Of a stretch of 64,000 nucleotides of DNA, positions 42,831-52,740 are shown piece after piece (the first letter of the stretch is position 1; the number at the start of each line of letters is the position of its first letter). Both the position numbers and the translations under genes were made by a program. The notes below the pieces were generated by a model that made no database searches, was not told the DNA's origin, and was given only the letters and a program-made list of their open reading frames with translations. Origin of the DNA: an uncultured bacterium (GTDB lineage: Bacteria > CSSED10-310 > CAZUFC01); contig CAZUFC010000018.1 in NCBI GenBank assembly GCA_964619725.1, forward strand, positions 397 to 64,396, read 5' to 3'.

Positions 42831-43352
42831 AATTATGCCTTCCTTTTCCTTTCGAATTCAGGGTTAATCTTCCGTCTTATTTTTCGCCTTTTTGCGAAAG
42901 ATTTATTTCATCTCTTCGCAACGCTATTTCCAAATTTCTGCCTGCTGAAACCGGTCCTTATCTCTGAAATGAATTCTACATTGAAAACATCGTTAATTGC
43001 AAACAGCCGGCCGCTATCGGAGTAAAACTTTGCGCCTGATTACGGGCTGTATGTTCACTCCCTTTTATTTATCTGATTAATACTTCCAAAAAAGCTCCTC
43101 TTCCGAAAAAAAATTGTATTTATTCTGATTTTTGCTAGAATTCAAATTGAGGCCGTATTTCTCATAATTGCATACTTCAGGAAACTAAATCGTAGAAGTT
43201 GATTTGACCGATTCATCGCCGTGACGTACGTGTGAGGATTAACGAAGCGCGTTTTGAGGACGCTTGAGGAATTGTTTGATCTGTTGTTTTGAAAGGGGGG
43301 AATTGCAGGTTTTTGATGTTTGGAATTGATTTTATCAGAAGAGGAGGATGTA

Positions 43353-46300
43353 ATGGAGATACCATTAAAGAAATTTTTCGGTTCGATGGAAACTGATGCG
43401 GTTCTGATTGTTCCTGAGGATATTAATCTTAATGAGCCTATTGAAAACGGACCCTTTAAAAAGATTGGAATAAATGCGAAGTGGGAGAAAAAGCTGCCTG
43501 TTTTCGGGGAGGAACTCAGTCTCGATGCTGAAGTTGAATCTTACGTTTATTTTCATGATGCGGGGGAGAGCGTCAGGACGTTTCAGGGACTGAAAGCAGC
43601 AACTCCGGAAGGAAGGCATTTCGTGGAACTGGCGTTTCGTCCCAGGGTTACTGCTGAGATGGGTATGAAATGGTCTCTGGGATATTGGGATTTAAGTTTA
43701 AAAGCTGATGCTTCGATGGATGCGGAATATCGGCATCTGTTGTTGTGCAACCCGGGGCAGAAGCGACGTGACGCCTTTGAATCTGTTGTAAAATCCGCCA
43801 AATTGCCGAGGTTCATTGATTTAAAGGAAACGCATGAAAGGAAAATAAAACCGTATGAATTTACAGGGCTTCATTACGCTTTACGCGAAAAATTGAAACT
43901 CGAAGCAGGCATCATCAAGGAATATGATTGGGAAAAAGCTTTGCCGGATGTCCACAAGTTATTAAAAGAACTGAAAGAATCGGAATTACCGGAATTTAAA
44001 GTTAAAGCCGAAGCAAGCATCAAGGCCGGATTAGGTTTTGAATTATATGATGAATTAACGTGGGAACTGGGCAAAATTAATTGCGTGCATGACGATTGGA
44101 CGAGAGTTAGAATCTCCAAAATTCATGAAGAGAGATTAACTCTGGGAGCGGTCATAGCTTTGAAGGCGGAATATGATCTGGGCAGTCCGTTCATATCTAT
44201 GCTGGAAAAAGCAATGGAATGGTCGCCGGTAAAAACAGCGATGAATGCATTGGCCGATGTCGGGAAAGTGAGTTCAAAAATTAAGGCGGGGGAATGGGAA
44301 GCTGTCGCTTCCGAGCTGGCTGAGAAGGCGACCCCTTTGCTGGCTCAACTTTTGGGCATCGATGAGCTTTTCGAGGAATTGAAAGATTCGGATGATTTAA
44401 AGAAAATACTGCGTGAATTGAATGATGCCGTCGAATTTTACAGTGAACTTGACGAAACCTTGAAGTCACTGTGGGAGGATTTACTGTCTGATGCGGGAGT
44501 GGGCGAAGATTCGGATATCGTATTACGGTTGAAGGAGATAAAGGGACTGAAAGGGAAGTCGATTCAGGAATGTATAGACCTGTTGTTCGACGACGAAGGC
44601 AATGACTGGAGCAAAGCCCTGGACCTGTTTGAGACGTTGATGGGCGTCGACATTGAGTCTTTGGTCGTTTATGACGATGAAAAAGTCAGGGAAACGATAG
44701 ACAAAGCGGCTGAAATGGCTGAAAAAATTCTGAAATTCCTTGAGGATATTCCTGATGCCGTAATCGAAAGGTTCAACCAGTTTAATGATGAAACCGGCAT
44801 CACGGCGGTTGTCCAGTGGATAGAGGAGCATACCGATTCCGTTGAAAGCCTGCAGAAATATGCAAAGGGTCAAATGGCGAAGTTTATCGAGCGCATTCTG
44901 AATAAATCAATCGAACTCCTGGAGCCAGAGGATTTGAATAGAATTCAGAAATGGGCGGAAATTATTGATGAACTGATCGATAAAACAGATGAAATCGATG
45001 ACAAGATAAGGGAAATGCTGGAAAAAATGAAAGGCGATATGGGATTCTCCCTTTCTTTGGAACTGGACCGTGCAGTCAGAAAAACAGCGTTGCTCGATGT
45101 GGAAATAGATACTGCATCACGTCACTTGTCCGTGAAAGTCCTTAAAGCGCTCAAAGAAAGAAAAATTAAACGTTTTCTTAAGGAACTTCCTGGCCCGAAA
45201 GATGATAAAGAATCTCCCTTCATATTGCATGATTGCCTGTTCACGTCACGCAAGGTCAGAACCAATGCCTTGAATTTTATCTGGTCAGCGTTCGGATTGG
45301 AGGGATTATTAAAAAGAACAATTAAGCGTATCACCTCCACAAAAATTGAATTCAAAGAAAGTGACGGACAACAAACCAGAGAGGCGCTCTATTCGGCGGA
45401 AATGCAGGCCATGTTTGAAAGAAATGAAAATGTCCTTCAAGGCGGAATATCACTCCAAACATTTATAGAAGGCAAAGATTTTTACTTTGAAGGTCCGTAT
45501 GACGCCGGTACGCTTAAACACAATCTCAATTTGTTCTTCCTGCTTGACGATCCGGAGTCTACCGCCACAAACCGAATATTCACGGACATATTCCTGATGC
45601 AGATAGGGTTCCTGGGCGTAAACCCGGAGTATGCCGCAAACGTTAAAATTCAGAAAAACCCGCCCAGCAATCTTTCACTCAGGATAATGCTGCCGGAAAA
45701 AGCCCTGGAACCTCTGTTCAGCGATTTAGATCATCCTAACTTTCAAGTAGACTTCTTGAATGCCTGCACCAGATGGCTGGATGAACCGTTTCTTAGAGGA
45801 GATGATAGTCAGGGAGAAGATGGATTAACTAGAGAAAAAAAGATGGCAGCCTTGATGACGTGGGAAAAGTATCATGAAATATGTGAAAAGCATGGTTCTG
45901 CCGGCCATAAAGTCGTGGAGGAATTGATAAAGCTTGGAGGAGCAGAACTGACTATAGGCGGTAAACCAGTAACAGTTTATTTTCGTCGCGATGGAACAAA
46001 CTTGAGACCGGAATTCATTTTTATTACCGAACTGCCGCGTATGATGAATGAATTACGTGAAAAGATGAAACGGTTCAGAGAGCATTTACCGAAAAAAAAC
46101 GCCGAAAGCATCAATCATAATTACATGGTAGAATTCATCAATTCGTTCGCGTCAAAAACTTTGAAAAAAATGAACCATAAAAATTGGAATAGTCCGCTAT
46201 TTCCGCTCTGGTTCATAATGGCTAGGTTGGGACGCAGTGCCGAGGATGTATTGAAAGAGGCGGAGGGGATTGCCGTATTCAGTTATGAGACTGATGAAGG

Positions 46301-46397
46301 AATGCGGCATTTGCGACCGTTGATGCTTGATCAGGGACTAAGAATCGACAAACCGGGCGACGGCAAAGGCTTATTTCCAATAAAATCCGGGGATTGA
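43353..46397 (+). CDS. Large hypothetical cytoplasmic protein (1014 aa)
   Basis: Long open frame, GAGGAGG RBS before ATG 43353; no family recognised. Confidence 0.85.
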   Translation: MEIPLKKFFGSMETDAVLIVPEDINLNEPIENGPFKKIGINAKWEKKLPVFGEELSLDAEVESYVYFHDAGESVRTFQGLKAATPEGRHFVELAFRPRVTAEMGMKWSLGYWDLSLKADASMDAEYRHLLLCNPGQKRRDAFESVVKSAKLPRFIDLKETHERKIKPYEFTGLHYALREKLKLEAGIIKEYDWEKALPDVHKLLKELKESELPEFKVKAEASIKAGLGFELYDELTWELGKINCVHDDWTRVRISKIHEERLTLGAVIALKAEYDLGSPFISMLEKAMEWSPVKTAMNALADVGKVSSKIKAGEWEAVASELAEKATPLLAQLLGIDELFEELKDSDDLKKILRELNDAVEFYSELDETLKSLWEDLLSDAGVGEDSDIVLRLKEIKGLKGKSIQECIDLLFDDEGNDWSKALDLFETLMGVDIESLVVYDDEKVRETIDKAAEMAEKILKFLEDIPDAVIERFNQFNDETGITAVVQWIEEHTDSVESLQKYAKGQMAKFIERILNKSIELLEPEDLNRIQKWAEIIDELIDKTDEIDDKIREMLEKMKGDMGFSLSLELDRAVRKTALLDVEIDTASRHLSVKVLKALKERKIKRFLKELPGPKDDKESPFILHDCLFTSRKVRTNALNFIWSAFGLEGLLKRTIKRITSTKIEFKESDGQQTREALYSAEMQAMFERNENVLQGGISLQTFIEGKDFYFEGPYDAGTLKHNLNLFFLLDDPESTATNRIFTDIFLMQIGFLGVNPEYAANVKIQKNPPSNLSLRIMLPEKALEPLFSDLDHPNFQVDFLNACTRWLDEPFLRGDDSQGEDGLTREKKMAALMTWEKYHEICEKHGSAGHKVVEELIKLGGAELTIGGKPVTVYFRRDGTNLRPEFIFITELPRMMNELREKMKRFREHLPKKNAESINHNYMVEFINSFASKTLKKMNHKNWNSPLFPLWFIMARLGRSAEDVLKEAEGIAVFSYETDEGMRHLRPLMLDQGLRIDKPGDGKGLFPIKSGD

Positions 46398-47537
46398 TCA
46401 GGAGGCGTTTTTTTCTTCAAACAATTTACGGCATTCGGCCAGTCTTTCGACAATAGAAATATCCTGAGGACATTTATCTTCGCATTCTCCGCATTCGGTG
46501 CAAGCGCTTGCGGGTTTACCGGGATACCAGGGGTCTTTTCCTATTCGATCATATTTTTCTCTGGCGAAATTCTGCATCTCGTAGACGTCGTGGTAAATCT
46601 GGAATTTAAGTATAAGCGGTATGTTCACTTCCTGCGGGCAGGGCATACAATACTTGCAGCCCGTACAGCGTATTTCTCCCTTTTTTTTCAATTCGGTCAT
46701 CACTTGAACCGCTGAATCGATTTCATCGTTATTCAACTCAGCAGTCTTGCTCGCCCACAACAGATTCTCCCGCACCTGTTCGATGGAACTCATCCCCGAT
46801 AAAGCGCAATCAACATCCGGATTCGACCATACGAACTGAAGTGCAAACCGGGCCCGCTCTTCTGCAGAAATATTAAGCTGTTCCAGGACGCTCGGACCGA
46901 ATTCTGTTATCCGGCCGCCGGCTACAGGCCCCATGACGGCTATGCCGAGATCGCGCTCCTTGACTTTTTTCATGGATTCAGCGTTGCTCATATCCAGCAG
47001 GGAATACTGACACAGAACCGCTTCAAAAATATCAACCTCAGCCAATGTCGCCAAGTCTTCCGTCGGACCGTGAAACGAATAACATAAATGTCTGACCAGT
47101 CCCTCCTCTTTCAATGCAGCGAATTTTTTTATCCAACCGAACTTGTCGTCAAGCTCTTTGTACTCTTTTTCATTAATCCCATGCAAATAATAAATATCCA
47201 GATAATCAGTCCGCAACTTCTCCAACTGTTCATCAAAAACGCGGCGGAAATCCCCAGGCTCCTTGTACACCCAACCCGGAGCCTTGGTTGATAAAATAAT
47301 GTCCTTCCGATACGGCTCCAGCAACTTCCCCATCACATTCTCCGACTCGCCGCCATGATAAGGATACGCCGTGTCAAAATAATTCACGCCGCCATCCATC
47401 AACTCCTCAAACATCAATTCCGTATGCTCCATGTCGATTTTCTTCATGTCGGCCGGATCGCTCAACGGCAACCGCATGCAACCCATCCCCAAACGCGAAA
47501 TCTGAATGTCCGTTTTGCCGAACCTTTTGTAAATCAT
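46398..47537 (-). CDS. Aldo/keto reductase with C-terminal 4Fe-4S dicluster
   Basis: LGMGCMRLP, YFDTAYPYHGG.SE, CTGCKYCMPCP and CTECGECEDKCP. Confidence 0.93.
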   Translation of the reverse strand: MIYKRFGKTDIQISRLGMGCMRLPLSDPADMKKIDMEHTELMFEELMDGGVNYFDTAYPYHGGESENVMGKLLEPYRKDIILSTKAPGWVYKEPGDFRRVFDEQLEKLRTDYLDIYYLHGINEKEYKELDDKFGWIKKFAALKEEGLVRHLCYSFHGPTEDLATLAEVDIFEAVLCQYSLLDMSNAESMKKVKERDLGIAVMGPVAGGRITEFGPSVLEQLNISAEERARFALQFVWSNPDVDCALSGMSSIEQVRENLLWASKTAELNNDEIDSAVQVMTELKKKGEIRCTGCKYCMPCPQEVNIPLILKFQIYHDVYEMQNFAREKYDRIGKDPWYPGKPASACTECGECEDKCPQDISIVERLAECRKLFEEKNAS

Positions 47538-47626
47538 CTTTCCCTCCCGCCCTTCTCTGTTACCGTTTTTTCTTCATAATCGAACGAAGAGCCTCTTTTA
47601 ACATACTATGAAACATGATGAATTCA

Positions 47627-47816
47627 TAGGAGGTTCAAAAAATTTGAATTTTAAGTTTTTCATAGATCGTCATGATGCCAAAAATCGTCTTTATCCCGCA
47701 GCATTGAGATTTAAAGCTTTACGAGATTTAGAGTCAGTAGTGAAATAATAATTGGCGTCTTTCAGCAACAACAATTTCAAAAAATTTGAAAAAAATTCAA
47801 ATTTTTTGACCCCCTA
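47627..47816. mobile_element. 190-bp MITE with ~25-bp TIRs and 4-bp TSD TTCA
   Basis: TAGGAGGTTCAAAAAATTTGAATTTT ... AAAATTCAAATTTTTTGACCCCCTA; TTCA at 47623-47626 and 47817-47820. Confidence 0.8.
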
Positions 47817-47843
47817 TTCAGCCATTTCGCCGATTTCTACGTT

Positions 47844-48027
47844 TAACACGCATTTCTCATGCAAAACCTGTTACGAACGTCCATATCACCGCAGATTCAA
47901 GCGGCGATCCCTACGGTCTTGCTCAATATAGCGCTGCTATGCTTCCGCAGGCCTCCGGTCCGCCACACTTGAATCTGCGGGAATCTGAACGTTCTCGCTA
48001 CGATTTTATATGATAAATCCGGACTAA
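47844..48027. mobile_element. ~184-bp fold-back element (MITE-like)
   Basis: Long imperfect terminal IR with a perfect CCGCAGATTCAAG (47889) / CTTGAATCTGCGG (47968) core and a central ATAGCGCTGCTAT hairpin. Confidence 0.6.
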
Positions 48028-48054
48028 GTCATTGTATTTTCGTTCACAGACCTT

Positions 48055-48071
48055 TTGGCATGAAAAATGCT
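48055..48071 (+). promoter_or_regulatory. Putative sigma-54 (-24/-12) promoter
   Basis: TTGGCATGAAAAATGCT = GG-N10-GC; IHF-like TAAGTCATTGTAT at 48025-48037. Confidence 0.6.
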
Positions 48072-48081
48072 TCCATATCAG

Positions 48082-48245
48082 CGTCAGCTTCGGACCGAAT
48101 GCAGACAAACTTACGCTCGATGGAAGGCAGGGGGCATGCCGCTGTAGACGGTAAAACCTCAGCGGCCGGACTATGCCCGATAAAGAAATGCTCTGCGCCC
48201 AAACCGGGCGTGGGGGAGGGCCCGAAAAAAGGGGCGGGGTTTATC
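48082..48245 (+). ncRNA. Candidate structured small RNA
   Basis: GC-rich island with successive hairpins starting at the predicted +1; no credible CDS downstream. Confidence 0.35.
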
Positions 48246-48440
48246 CTTTGATTTTAAGGGTTTAGCCCCTGCTGCCGTATTCCTTGTGTCGACAAGTGTA
48301 ATTGGAATTTTTTAACGGGGGATATTACGTCGCAAAATGCGGGATTCCTGAACTTGATTTTTCGGGGCCAGGGGAATCACTGAAAGAAATCGATCCATCC
48401 TTTCAGTAAGCATCAAAAGGAAAGTTCAATGAGAAATATT

Positions 48441-48922
48441 CGGCACTGATTGAAAACAGGTCTTTTGAGTTTACAATACGGCAAAATATCCCATCGTCTT
48501 GTTTTGATTGCGGTTGCGATTTATATCCCGATCCGACCCAGATTACTGAAGCGAACCGTCATACTTCAGAACTCCTGACAAAGACAACCTAATATATTGA
48601 AATCAATTGACTTTTTTACACTGAGTCTCGGCATAAAAATTGTGCAGTTTTTAGCCCCCCCTATATCCGTGAAAAGAGCGTTGATTAATCGAAATTCAAA
48701 GATTGGCACTGATGTCAATGAGGATACAGGATGATGTTTCTTGTGGTTTTTAATAGTCTTCATATTCGATTAATCAACGGACCCGCAAGCGGGGGAATTT
48801 TGTTTAATTGATTTTTTTGATCGATTACTGGATTTTCGTCGAATATTTCACAATTTTTTATCGGTCAATGTCAGGATATGTGAAATTTTTCTAAGAAGCG
48901 TAATCCCGGTTTGATCAGTCCC
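48441..48922 (+). mobile_element. Composite or interrupted TGATCA-ended repeat
   Basis: Left end GGCACTGATTGAAAACAGGTCTTTTGAG at 48442; right end GTAATCCCGGTTTGATCAGTCCC at 48922; 48835-48890 matches the reverse complement of 20471-20525. Confidence 0.65.
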
Positions 48923-48981
48923 GAATATTCAATTTTAAAACGTCAGAAGCATTTATACGGCGAATCATCGATAGATTCAGT

Positions 48982-50109
48982 TCAGTCCAGTTCCTCCGTC
49001 AATCTTGGAATCATGCATGCCCATAGCATGGCTCGTTCTGACGTATGACCGAAGCGGCCTTTCAGCGGTTCTGAGCCGTCGGGTTCGAAGACTTCCATGT
49101 AAGTCCGGTATTTTTCTATGTGTTCGGTATATTGTTTGAGATAGAAGCGGGCTTTTTGGGGGTAGATTTTTGCAGTCATTCTGATGAAGATCGGGGCGTG
49201 AAGGGTCCAGATGGAGTCGCCTTGGTAATTGGGCATGAAGAGACGAGCCATGAGATGCGGCGGCGACTTCACATCCTTTTTTTCATGGTATTTCAAGGGG
49301 AAAGGTTTATCCAGCATCTTGCCGATTATAGCATCGATGGATTTTTTCATCATACCTTCGTCGTTGATTATGCCTGTCCAGTAAGGCCATACGTTTGCGT
49401 CGGACGAGCAGACGGGCTCATCGTCCTGCAGATCGTTGCGGAAATATTTGCCTGTCCAGAATGCCTTTATGAATTCATTTATCAGGTCTTCTTCGTCAAA
49501 AGGATTATCCAAAATGTCCTCAAATTCTTTCAGCAACTCAGCGCAGAAAATCATGAAAGTATTGTCAGTGCATGAGCGTTTCCGTCCGGCTACGTCTTTA
49601 ACGTTTGAAAAGTAACGATTTGCAACTGTTTTCCGTTTTTTATCGAACACCGTTTTATAATATGTCCAGATTTCTTTGTTCAGCAGACTACGGTATTCAG
49701 CGGCCAGTTCTTTTTTTCCGGATTTTAAGAGGCAAAAAAGGAGGTAAGGGAGTGAGTCTGAGGAGTAGGTATAGATATTGACGGCAGCTTTTGACTGAAA
49801 TATGGTCGTAGAGATTTTTCCGTTTAGTTTATAGACATTGAGCGCCCATTTCAGGTTTTGAACGAGTTTGTATTTGTAACCGAGATAAAGGAGGTCTTCT
49901 ATGCACCAGCCCAGGTCTCTGATCCAGAACTGGTCCAGATGTACTGCTCCGGCTTTGAAGTAACTGCCGTTCCAGCAATCGTCGGCGATAGATTTGCAGA
50001 TTTGAACGGCATTACCCTGGTATTTTTTGTATTTTTTTTTTGAGAGATCGTGCCTGAGCAGTCTTACGCCTTCTTTGATCATAATCCAGGAGTTGGCGAT
50101 TCTGTTCAT
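48982..50109 (-). CDS. Putative (alpha/alpha)6 glycoside hydrolase-like protein
   Basis: QFWIRD motif, DSLP, and YQGDSIW / YMEVF patterns seen in six-hairpin glycosidases; no signal peptide. Confidence 0.55.
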   Translation of the reverse strand: MNRIANSWIMIKEGVRLLRHDLSKKKYKKYQGNAVQICKSIADDCWNGSYFKAGAVHLDQFWIRDLGWCIEDLLYLGYKYKLVQNLKWALNVYKLNGKISTTIFQSKAAVNIYTYSSDSLPYLLFCLLKSGKKELAAEYRSLLNKEIWTYYKTVFDKKRKTVANRYFSNVKDVAGRKRSCTDNTFMIFCAELLKEFEDILDNPFDEEDLINEFIKAFWTGKYFRNDLQDDEPVCSSDANVWPYWTGIINDEGMMKKSIDAIIGKMLDKPFPLKYHEKKDVKSPPHLMARLFMPNYQGDSIWTLHAPIFIRMTAKIYPQKARFYLKQYTEHIEKYRTYMEVFEPDGSEPLKGRFGHTSERAMLWACMIPRLTEELD

Positions 50110-50133
50110 GATAAATGCTTCCCTCAATCGAAA

Positions 50134-51564
50134 TTAAAGTTTAATTTTCTTCCATTTACCTCTCTGGAACCAGGTAAAAGCCATCAATCCCGAAACTGTG
50201 ATGGCGATAGTTTGAGCCCAGAATATGCCGTTGACTCCCAGTTCCGGTAATTTGCTGAGGTAAAGCGCCAGGGGAACCTGCAAGCCCCACAGGCTTATTA
50301 AGGTGATAATCATGGGAGTAATAGTATCGCCGGCGCCTGCCAGGCTTCTGTTCAAAACGATGGACAATGCAAGGAAAGGCAGGCAGATAGAGGTTATACG
50401 GAGCATTGCGGCCCCGATTTTCAATACTTCGGGATTGGTATCAAAGAGGCGGATGAGTGTTTCCGGAAAAAAGAGGAAGGCCGTAAACAGTGCAGAAAGC
50501 ATGATCAAGTAGAAGCCTACGGCCGAGTAGGCGCTTTTGGTTGAACGACTGACTTTACCGGCTCCCAGGTTCTGTCCGACCAGACTGGCGGAAGCTATGG
50601 CGAAGCCGAAACCGGGGAACAGGGCCAGCATGAACATGCGGTGTCCCACGCCGAAAGCCGCTACGGCAGCCGTACCGAATCCGGCGGCAATCCCCATAAT
50701 CACGACTCCCATGATGCCGCGGACGCTGAGCTGGATGGAGTTGGGTAAGCCTAAACGGATAATCGTCGCGAGTATTTTCCAGGAGGGTTTGAGATAGGCC
50801 GGGACGAATTTGATTCTGAATTTGCCCTTGTACAAAATAAACAACATGATTAATGAAGCGATGATCCTGGAAGAAACGGTAGCTGCAGCGGCCCCTGATA
50901 TGCCCATTTCCGGGAAGGGTCCCCATCCGAATATCAGAAAAGGATCGAGACACATGTTGATTACGAGGACGGAGGACATAACCTTCATCGGCGTAAAAGA
51001 ATCGCCGGAGCCTTGCAATGAGGCGTTGAGCACAAAAGTCAGGAATACGAAAGAACTGAAGGAAAACATTATACTTAAGTATTGCACGCCCTGCTCTGTA
51101 ACTTCAGGACTCGCTCCCATCAACCGGAAAAGGTCCGAGGAAAACATTACGCCGAAAATCGAAACGGGAACAGAAATGATGAGTCCCAATAAAACGGCGT
51201 TGGCGCAAATTCTGTCGGCCCTGTCAAAATCCTTTTTTCCGTAAGCCCGGGCAATCATGGCTGACGCTCCTGTTCCTACTCCCATAACGAACATGAACAG
51301 CAACATCATCAGGGTTCCGGCAATTGCAACGGCGGCCAGTGATTGAGACCCCAAACGGCCTACCCAGAACATGTCCACGATGTGAAAGAGACTGTTGGTG
51401 AGGTTGGTTATGATCTGAGGTAAAGCAATTATCCATATCGATCTTGATATGCTGCCCCTGGTCAGGTCCAATTTCGTGCCCTTTTTGGTAACTCCAATAA
51501 TTTCCCTCAGAAGACTCCTGTCTCCAGGCACATAAGATTCCGATGCGTTCATCTTGTCATCCAC
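50134..51564 (-). CDS. MATE family (MOP superfamily) transporter
   Basis: DLTRGSI, DMFWVGRLG, GDSFTPM, LDPFLIFG, GAAAAT and GQNLGAG; ~12 TM segments. Confidence 0.93.
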   Translation of the reverse strand: MDDKMNASESYVPGDRSLLREIIGVTKKGTKLDLTRGSISRSIWIIALPQIITNLTNSLFHIVDMFWVGRLGSQSLAAVAIAGTLMMLLFMFVMGVGTGASAMIARAYGKKDFDRADRICANAVLLGLIISVPVSIFGVMFSSDLFRLMGASPEVTEQGVQYLSIMFSFSSFVFLTFVLNASLQGSGDSFTPMKVMSSVLVINMCLDPFLIFGWGPFPEMGISGAAAATVSSRIIASLIMLFILYKGKFRIKFVPAYLKPSWKILATIIRLGLPNSIQLSVRGIMGVVIMGIAAGFGTAAVAAFGVGHRMFMLALFPGFGFAIASASLVGQNLGAGKVSRSTKSAYSAVGFYLIMLSALFTAFLFFPETLIRLFDTNPEVLKIGAAMLRITSICLPFLALSIVLNRSLAGAGDTITPMIITLISLWGLQVPLALYLSKLPELGVNGIFWAQTIAITVSGLMAFTWFQRGKWKKIKL

Positions 51565-51792
51565 GCTCTTCTACGATTGAAGAGACATTCGATTCGTTTT
51601 ATTTCTATTTGGATTATTCACGTTTTGGGCTGCTTCCTGCATTTAATGAGGCTGCTCACCTGCATTCATCCCTGAACCATTATCATCGGCCGGCGCCATT
51701 CAGCCGACCCGCATTCTCAATTGGCGAGATTAAGGCAGTCGAAGCCTTAAGTCAAATTTACTTTTTCTGCGAGTCAACTGAAAACAGCATAA

Positions 51793-52728
51793 CTACAAAA
51801 GAACATTCAGTGCCGAGGGGCAGATGCGGAACTTCGCCGGAAGCGTTCCCGTCTGCTCGCCGTCAATATCCAGAAACACTTTTTCATCCGACAGCGCTCG
51901 AACTTCCTGCGCCCTGTGCACCTCAACTTTCTCATGAAGTATGTGCTTTCCCGAATAAATCAACGGCATTGTTCTTATAAGGTCATAGGTTTCCAGTTCT
52001 TTGATGACTACTACATCGAAACGGCCGTCGTCTATTTCCGCATCGGGCGCCACGCACATGCCGCCGCCGAAGTATTTTCCGTTCGATATCGCCGCTCCTA
52101 CAATTTTCTGTTCATCCAGTTCCTTTTCATCCAAATAGAGTTTAACCTTCTTGGGAGCGAAACTAAGAATAGTCATTACTGAGCTGTAAAGAAAAGAAAC
52201 AAAGCCGCCGAAAAATTTGGTCGTTCGGTTAACCCTGTCAGCGACTTCTCCTCCTATTCCCATATCCGCTATGTTGATGAATCGCCTTTCGATTTTTTTC
52301 TGAGCGTGGTCGACAAAAGATGCGATGCCAAGGTCGACTCTTTTAATTTTCCCGTCAGTCATTTTTTGTATCTGTTTTTCATAAGGAAATTTACCGGAAA
52401 GGGTTTTTATCAGGTCCTGTCCTGTGCCGACAGATATAATCCCTAATGCTGCATCGTCGTTGACAGGGAAACCGTCCTCTTCGAAGAATCCGTTAACGAT
52501 TTCATTCACTGTTCCATCGCCGCCCACCGCCACGAGCAGATCGAATCCTTTTTTCAGTTTTTCGCGAGTCAAAGAAAGGGCTTCCATGGGTTGACGCGTA
52601 AATTGAGCTTCAAATCGCCAGCCGTTAAGCTCCATTTTTTTTCTTATAAAAGGCCATATACGGGCAGCTTTTCCATTTCCCGCATTCGGATTGATTATTA
52701 CAAATATTTCAGCGGATTTTACATTCAT
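51793..52728 (-). CDS. Diacylglycerol/lipid kinase family (DAGK_cat, YegS-like)
   Basis: NPNAGNG, GGDGT.NE, GTGQD, NGKYFGGG and DGE. Confidence 0.93.
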   Translation of the reverse strand: MNVKSAEIFVIINPNAGNGKAARIWPFIRKKMELNGWRFEAQFTRQPMEALSLTREKLKKGFDLLVAVGGDGTVNEIVNGFFEEDGFPVNDDAALGIISVGTGQDLIKTLSGKFPYEKQIQKMTDGKIKRVDLGIASFVDHAQKKIERRFINIADMGIGGEVADRVNRTTKFFGGFVSFLYSSVMTILSFAPKKVKLYLDEKELDEQKIVGAAISNGKYFGGGMCVAPDAEIDDGRFDVVVIKELETYDLIRTMPLIYSGKHILHEKVEVHRAQEVRALSDEKVFLDIDGEQTGTLPAKFRICPSALNVLL

Positions 52729-52740
52729 TTTCCGGTTACC

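Noticed and set aside
48060-48251. 63-aa CDS
   Set aside because: Its ATG lies inside the -24/-12 motif, with no RBS and no recognisable similarity.
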